Shown: positions 36,493-42,551 of the stretch, piece after piece
Numbering within the stretch: the first letter of the stretch is position 1
Layout of the letters: each line of letters starts with the position of its first letter
Origin: Neophaeotheca triangularis
Lineage: Eukaryota
DNA length: 42,551 bases
Reading direction: 5' to 3'
NCBI GenBank assembly: GCA_054600435.1
Contig: BAAIJX010000066.1
Location: forward strand, 62,001 to 104,551
Program-made: the position numbers and the translations under genes
Notes under the pieces: generated by a model
What the model was told of the DNA's origin: nothing
Databases searched by the model: none
Seen by the model: only the letters and a program-made list of their open reading frames with translations

Positions 36493-38472
36493 ATGACCAA
36501 CAATCCGACCACCGCCTCGCCTCCCCCAACATCCCTCACCGACCTCCCCCCCGAACTCCTCGACCAAATAACCACCTACCTCCCCGGCGCCAGCTCGATC
36601 GCGCACCTCGCCAGCACAAGCAAAGCCCTCCACAGCTACGTGGAAAAAGACGCCTGGAACACGTTCAACCGCTCGCGGTTCCCTTCACTCATACCCGCAC
36701 CCTCACAGATACCTGGATATGGTACTAGCGGTGGCGCGGCTTTGGCCCGGACGCTGACGACTCTGAGTCGGAATTTGGATCGCAGGGGTTTGGTGGCGAG
36801 GGGAGTGGAGCCGGGGGGTGGTGGTGCAGTTTCAGGGGGGGATGGAGGGGGTGGGGTTGTGAGGGCCTTTCCCGGACGCGGGAGGTTGGAGAGGTGGAAG
36901 AGGCCCAAGGGGCAGACGGTTGGGTTTGTGCCGGTTTTGAGTTGTTATCAGGAGGATGGGGTTGGGGGGAAGGAGGTTTTGGGGTTTAGTGCTGGGGCCG
37001 GGTTCTGTGTTAGGGTTAGGGAGGAGGAGGGGGTGGGGAGAGGGCAGGGCCAGAGTGTGAAAGCAGGACCGGGGACGAGGTGGATGAGTTATCGTCCTTA
37101 TAGTGCTGTGGAGGGTAGGGATGATATAACGGCACTGCATTTGCTGAGGGAGCCTGCTAGGATGCCCAGTCAGGACATGGACCCGGAAGGCGAGTTTGTT
37201 GTGATGGGTACGGCGAACGGCGATTTGCAGCTTATTCATTTGCCGTCTGGAGAGCATGGCGCTGGTGATGTTGAGACGTTTTTCACAACTCAGGGCCGGC
37301 CAATACGGTCTTCGAGCTTGCTGCAGCCAGAGTACGAGAATCCGACCCTGGCCGCTGCCCTGGGTGATTCGAAAGTCGCGCTTTACTCTGTTGACTCTAA
37401 TCAGTCGAAGGTGGCACCGATGAGCGAGGTTGAAGCATTGCCAGCAACTCACAGTGCCACTAACGGAGCTTCCAATGGCACTGCTAGCAAGAGCACTCGA
37501 GTCTGGTCTACTACATTCCTGTCCCCCCAACGCCTTGCAGTAGGCGTAGGCCCAAGCCAAGAGCCTCTCCAGATTCACGACATAACTCCCACAGGCATCT
37601 CCCCGAAACCTGTCCGCCGCTTCTCCTTCACGGATCGCCCGAACGCTCTAGATGATCGCTCGGACGAAATCGCTCCAAACGGCATACTTCGCCGACCTAC
37701 CAGCTCTGTTTATCCTACAGCTCCCTTACCACCCTCCAACTCCGCAAGCTCTTCAGACTCCGTCTTTTTATCGGGCGGATATGACGGTATAGTCCGCCTC
37801 CACGACCTCCGATCTCCCTCAAACCACGAACAAAAATACAGCGACCCCGTCGATGATGCCCCAATCTACAGCCTCCTAACCCGTGGCCGCGAAACCCTCA
37901 TCGCCGGCTCCTCCCGCCACAGCATCCTCAAACTCTTCGATCTCCGCCTCGGCGCCAAGAGCTACAGCTACCTCGACGCAACCGCAAGACACGATAACGC
38001 GAGAGAAGTGCCAGACTGGAACCTCTTCCTCAAACCGCACTCGGCGTCCTACCCCGGCCGCGGCGGCGGCAACAACTGGGCGCGTCGCTCGGCCGAAAGC
38101 AGCGTCTATAGCCTCGCTTCCCCGTCCCCCTGCTCACCGCATTTGTACGCCGGTCTCGAAAACGCAGTCGTCGAGCTCGCTTTCACGGGTGTTTGCGACG
38201 CGCACCCGGACCCGGCGGTTCGCCGTGGCATGCACCCGGCCCCTAAAGCCAGCAAGGCTGCTGATGCCGGGATTCTGGATCTGGCTGGCTATGTGCAAGG
38301 CGTGGAGATGAAGTTGTTGACGCAGAGGAGCGTGCGGGAAACGCGGGATGGGTGGGAGAGGGGCAGGGTGGTGGATTCTTTGATACAGAACGGTGGTGTC
38401 ACTGGCAAGGGGATTTTGGATGGGGGAGACGGGTTGGGCGATGTGGACGAGAGGTGGCGGGTGGGGACGTAG
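36493..38472 (+). CDS. F-box protein with degenerate WD40-like repeats
   Basis: 659 aa. N-terminal SLTDLPPELLDQITTYL...LASTSKAL is an F-box. WD-like segments FLSGGYDGIVRLHDLR and LIAGSSRHSILKLFDLR. Confidence 0.85.
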   Translation: MTNNPTTASPPPTSLTDLPPELLDQITTYLPGASSIAHLASTSKALHSYVEKDAWNTFNRSRFPSLIPAPSQIPGYGTSGGAALARTLTTLSRNLDRRGLVARGVEPGGGGAVSGGDGGGGVVRAFPGRGRLERWKRPKGQTVGFVPVLSCYQEDGVGGKEVLGFSAGAGFCVRVREEEGVGRGQGQSVKAGPGTRWMSYRPYSAVEGRDDITALHLLREPARMPSQDMDPEGEFVVMGTANGDLQLIHLPSGEHGAGDVETFFTTQGRPIRSSSLLQPEYENPTLAAALGDSKVALYSVDSNQSKVAPMSEVEALPATHSATNGASNGTASKSTRVWSTTFLSPQRLAVGVGPSQEPLQIHDITPTGISPKPVRRFSFTDRPNALDDRSDEIAPNGILRRPTSSVYPTAPLPPSNSASSSDSVFLSGGYDGIVRLHDLRSPSNHEQKYSDPVDDAPIYSLLTRGRETLIAGSSRHSILKLFDLRLGAKSYSYLDATARHDNAREVPDWNLFLKPHSASYPGRGGGNNWARRSAESSVYSLASPSPCSPHLYAGLENAVVELAFTGVCDAHPDPAVRRGMHPAPKASKAADAGILDLAGYVQGVEMKLLTQRSVRETRDGWERGRVVDSLIQNGGVTGKGILDGGDGLGDVDERWRVGT

Positions 38473-39127
38473 AGCGTGCCTGCTGTGGTGGAGTTTTTGG
38501 GTTGGACGAGGGGTTTTTGGCGCATTGGGTGTAGGTTATGGGGGTCTGGGGAAGTGGTCTGATACCCTAGGTCCTTAGAGGCTGATGATAGTTGCGGTTT
38601 GGCTGATCAGATAACATGATGACGGTCATTCTCACTGCGCGTCCACAACTCGCGGCTTCGCAAATAATCTGGGGGTTCTCGCAATAATCAACCGATATCG
38701 TCGGAAAAGCCCGCTATAAACGAGTCGATTGACCACTTGCAGTTCCCTGTCCGTCCCGTGTACGTACGGACGTGGACCCTCGTCGAGCCTACCCATTGCA
38801 AAATTTTGAAGCAGTCGGCTATCGAGGCTGGACGGGGGACAGCACCAGGGGACGCAAACGGGAGACGCGGATGAGACAGCGCTGTAGAATAGAAAGCACG
38901 GACCCTGGAGAGACGGCCGGGGAGTGGAGGCGACGACCATTTGATCGGTTGATAATAGCGAACATCCTGGCAAAAAGGATCATAATGCGCAAGAACATCG
39001 GAAGGTGGTGCTGCCAATGGGCCCCCCGGACATGGACTTTCTTGGCCCGGGTCGGCGTGTAGATAGGTACGGGCGGCGGCCGTCCGGGACCATGGTCCTG
39101 CTTTCCGAGAGACCGAGTGGTGGAATT

Positions 39128-39146
39128 TTCTTCTTCTTCTTCTTCT
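39128..39146 (+). repeat. (TTC)6 microsatellite
   Basis: TTCTTCTTCTTCTTCTTCT read directly. Confidence 0.8.
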
Positions 39147-40045
39147 ATGGCTGTGATAGTAGTTACGGACTATCTATTTATCGAGATGTCGTTCTAGATC
39201 GACAGGAACAGAGAGGTATGCCATTTCTTTAGTGAGCGTACTAGGTAGTAGTAATAATAAGACTGGGCTGAAACACAACAAGCTGTTTGCTTGCCCACGT
39301 CACGCTTCACAATAATCACCTGGGCACCCCGAGGAGATCAGTGGAGATGGCCAGCTCGTGGGTCAAGAAATGGCCAAGCGTTGGGAAAAGTAAGAGTTGC
39401 AAGTACCTGTACTCGTACCTTATTATTAGATGCTTTTGCTTATCCTCATGTACACTACTACTGTTGACTGTAGGGAGTATAAGGAGTAGGGAGTAGGTCA
39501 AGTCGGTAGACACCCGACTAAAAGTCCCCCACTACTACTGCTACTGTACTCTGTGAGAAACTGCTGTGAGCGAACTAAAAGCCCCACCACCAAGTGCCCA
39601 GTCCAGGGCAAGTGCCTGCCTGCCTGCCTCAGAACTGCGTGTGTCTGATATCACATCTACACCCACCCACTCTAATAACGCCATTTGCTCGTCACGCGCC
39701 ACTAATGGAAATTTGCTGAGTGCGTTGCCATCGTCTCTCTTCATTATTGTGACTCTCTGACTTTGCCTTTGTAAACCTCCAAACCCAATCCCAATTTTTC
39801 CGACCACTTCCCTACCACCTCCCCGTCCATACACTTTGTTTTCCACTTTTTCCCACCCTCGTACCAAGGACAAGGGCATCGCGTTTGGCTGGCATATTGA
39901 ATACCCACAACCGCCTGTCAGAGACCGAGACGCCCCAAGTGTTCCTACACGGACACACAACTTTCGCAAATCCTACTCGATTGCGAAGACAGGACCTCCC
40001 TGACGCACATTTCTCCGTCGAGTCAGTCTTGACAATAACCCGAGG

Positions 40046-41827
40046 ATGAGCAACCCAAGCGACCTCAACGACCCATTGCCCACCAACACCCCGGAGGCGA
40101 CCAAGTCTACTTTGTCCGCCGCCGGGGCCGGCACGATCAAGGCCGCGAAGCAGCAGGAGAAGGAAGAGCAGGACCAGGCAAAGACAGAGGAGGAGCTCAA
40201 GAAAGCCGGCCTCAAGCAGACCGCACGGCCGGGCATCACCAGGTTCAGCACGAGCAAGGAGAATATCCTACACAGATTCTATCTCGGAAGCATAGACCTG
40301 GGCACCACTTCCGCGCGATTCATCATCTTCGATGGCGTGGGCCAGCCCATTGCCAGCCATCAGCACGAGTTCAAGCAACATTACCCGCAGTCTGGATGGC
40401 ACGAGCACGATCCTTACGAGCTCATTTCGAGTGTAAAGGACTGTATCGAGAAGGCTACCTCGACCTTCAAGGAGCTCGGGCATGACACTGAAGACATCAA
40501 GGCCATTGGTATCACGAACCAGAGAGAGACGACGTTGGTTTGGGATGCCGAGACGGGCGAGTCTCTGCACCCTGCCATTGCATGGCCCGACACACGGACA
40601 AAGGGTATCGTGAGAGATTTGAGGCAGAAGGAGCAGGATGAGGGCATCAACCTCGCTGAGATGACCGGGTTGCCCTTGTCCACTTACCCATCGTCCGTGA
40701 AGTTGGTGTGGATGCTCCAGAACGTGCCCAAGGTGCGCCAAGCTTACGACAACAATCGTCTCGTGTTCGGAACCGTCGACACTTGGTTGTTGTTCCATTT
40801 GAACGGCGGCAAGGACCCGCAATTCCTGGTCACCGACAGCAGCAATGCCTCCCGTACCATGTTTATGAACTTGCACACTGTCAAGTACGACGAGAAGCTC
40901 CTCAACTTCTTCGGCCTCGACATGGCCAAATTGCACCTGCCGCGCATCGTGCCCTCCTCCGATGCAGTGGCGTACGGCAAGATCGCAGACGGCTCCTTGG
41001 CCGGCGTGAAGATTGCTGGTTGTCTCGGTGACCAATCTGCAGCGCTGGTAGGCCAGCAAGGTTTCGCGCCTGGTTGCGCCAAGAACACCTACGGTACCGG
41101 CTGCTTCTTGCTGTACAATGTTGGCGAGAAGCCCACCATCTCCACCCACGGTCTGCTGGCAACCGTCGCATACGACTTTGGCCGCGACAGGAAACCCGTC
41201 TACGCTTTGGAAGGCAGTGTCGCCGTGGCAGGTTCGGGTGTCAAGTTCCTGATGAACAACATGGGTTTCATCACGCACTCGCACAAAATCTCCGACCTGG
41301 CAGGCACAGTCGAGGATAACGGCGGCTGTGTGTTCGTCACCGCCTTCTCCGGTCTCTTCGCGCCTTACTGGATCGACGACGCCAAGGGCACCATCTTCGG
41401 CATTACCCAGCACACGCAGCGTGGCCACATCGCCCGCGCGACCCTAGAAGCGACCTGCTTCCAGACCAAAGCCATCCTCGACGCCATGGAGAAGGACTCG
41501 GGCCACAAACTCTCCGACCTAGCCGTCGACGGTGGCATGTCCAATTCAGCCCTGTGCATGCAAACGCAGTCCAACATCATCGGCATTCCAGTCGACCGCC
41601 CAGCCATGCGTGAAACCACTGCTCTCGGCGCCGCCATTGCCGCTGGTTTCGCCGTCGACATCTGGAAGGAGTTCGACGAGCTCAAGGCCATCAACCAAAA
41701 GGACCGCAAAGTCTTCTACCCCGACGTCTCGCGCGAAGTCAGCCAGAAAATGTTCAACAAGTGGAACCGCGCTGTTTCCATGTGTCGGGGTTGGCTGGAC
41801 CCGGAGGAGAACGCCGGCGATTTTTAG
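40046..41827 (+). CDS. GUT1: Glycerol kinase (FGGY family), intronless
   Basis: 593 aa. Motifs IDLGTTSARF, GITNQRETT, FGTVDTWL, GDQSAALVG, AKNTYGTG, FSGLFAPYW, VDGGM and ETTALGAAIAAG. Confidence 0.96.
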   Translation: MSNPSDLNDPLPTNTPEATKSTLSAAGAGTIKAAKQQEKEEQDQAKTEEELKKAGLKQTARPGITRFSTSKENILHRFYLGSIDLGTTSARFIIFDGVGQPIASHQHEFKQHYPQSGWHEHDPYELISSVKDCIEKATSTFKELGHDTEDIKAIGITNQRETTLVWDAETGESLHPAIAWPDTRTKGIVRDLRQKEQDEGINLAEMTGLPLSTYPSSVKLVWMLQNVPKVRQAYDNNRLVFGTVDTWLLFHLNGGKDPQFLVTDSSNASRTMFMNLHTVKYDEKLLNFFGLDMAKLHLPRIVPSSDAVAYGKIADGSLAGVKIAGCLGDQSAALVGQQGFAPGCAKNTYGTGCFLLYNVGEKPTISTHGLLATVAYDFGRDRKPVYALEGSVAVAGSGVKFLMNNMGFITHSHKISDLAGTVEDNGGCVFVTAFSGLFAPYWIDDAKGTIFGITQHTQRGHIARATLEATCFQTKAILDAMEKDSGHKLSDLAVDGGMSNSALCMQTQSNIIGIPVDRPAMRETTALGAAIAAGFAVDIWKEFDELKAINQKDRKVFYPDVSREVSQKMFNKWNRAVSMCRGWLDPEENAGDF

Positions 41828-42276
41828 GTTGAACTTGCCTCGTTTTGCATTTACTTTTACCCCATCCTATCCGCTGGCTGCTGTTGCGTTTGGCGTTACG
41901 GATGTGTGTGGTTTTCTCTCTATGTTTCTGCGTGATGAATGATGGATGGATGGATAGAAGAGAAAGGACGGAGGTTGGTATTGCTCGCTTTCCGCATATA
42001 AAGAGTAGGGCGCGGGAGTCGAGCATGTAGATAGACAAGAGGCGGATTAGAAACATACATTACGTTTTCACACTTGCTTGCTCTCTTGTCATTTTCACCC
42101 TAGTACGCTTGCTGTTTGTCCTTTCTCGTCGAGGCTCTTTTTGTTCTTACCCGTGGCTTTTATGCCTATTCCACCTTTGGTTTAATCTGTTTCCCTTGCT
42201 TTCAACGCGGATAGAACCTACCCCATCACAAGGACCCTTCCTCGGACGCCCCCGATCTCCCTCATCGACGCTTACC

Positions 42277-42551
42277 ATGACGCCGTCCACCGGTCACGAC
42301 AAGGCCCCCCGCGTCCGGCACTGGGGGGCCTCTGACGATTCCCCCGACCCCACAACTCACGCGTCTGCAAAGGAAGAAGTGAAGCTTAGGGAAATCGACC
42401 ATGGGCTTGGAGAAAGCAAGCGAGAATCTCTGTCGCGAAAAGTTTCTGCAGTCAGCCTTGAGACTAGAGACTAAGCTTCCCCCCCCCTCCCCCCCCACCG
42501 GGAGCCCACACGACAACCCCACCCGCCCCAACAACGCCGGCCACCCGGTCG
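42277..42551 (+). CDS. Possible first exon of a downstream gene running out of the window
   Basis: ACCATG after a pyrimidine-rich leader, reading MTPSTGHDKAPRVRHWG.... The in-frame TAA at 42472 would need to be intronic, and no convincing acceptor is visible. Confidence 0.3.

Noticed and set aside
40268..41428. 386-aa minus-strand ORF (likewise 5715-6515, 8140-9066, 34326-35309)
   Set aside because: Antisense shadows of conserved, codon-biased genes.

Overview
Eukaryotic DNA from a filamentous ascomycete (Pezizomycotina-type): short GT-AG introns with CTRAC-like branch points and fungal housekeeping genes. I can build about 16 protein-coding genes plus a possible 17th at the right edge, resolving introns by hand. 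In order: a 5'-truncated HxxxD acyltransferase-fold protein ending in PTS1 (AKL), an RraA/HMG-aldolase-like protein, peroxisomal thiolase (PTS2), glycerol-3-phosphate acyltransferase, an amino-acid/choline-family permease, a Pth11-like membrane protein, RIB3, a small 4-TM protein, a Baeyer-Villiger monooxygenase, complex I 51 kDa subunit, an orphan coiled-coil protein, a secreted short tyrosinase, a second Pth11-like protein, VCX1, an F-box/WD-like protein and glycerol kinase. I found no tRNA, rRNA, CRISPR array or intact transposon, and no clearly new multi-gene system. The best leads are: a diverged duplicate of the PTS1-encoding gene end; a perfect FarA/FarB-type palindrome upstream of thiolase within a peroxisomal/lipid neighbourhood; a three-copy phased motif in an AT-rich island; a probable GC-AG intron; a 4-nt first coding exon in VCX1; a uORF ending Pro-Pro-stop; and two ATCWGATAA boxes flanking the F-box gene. 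All gene models were read by eye and not checked against transcripts or databases.
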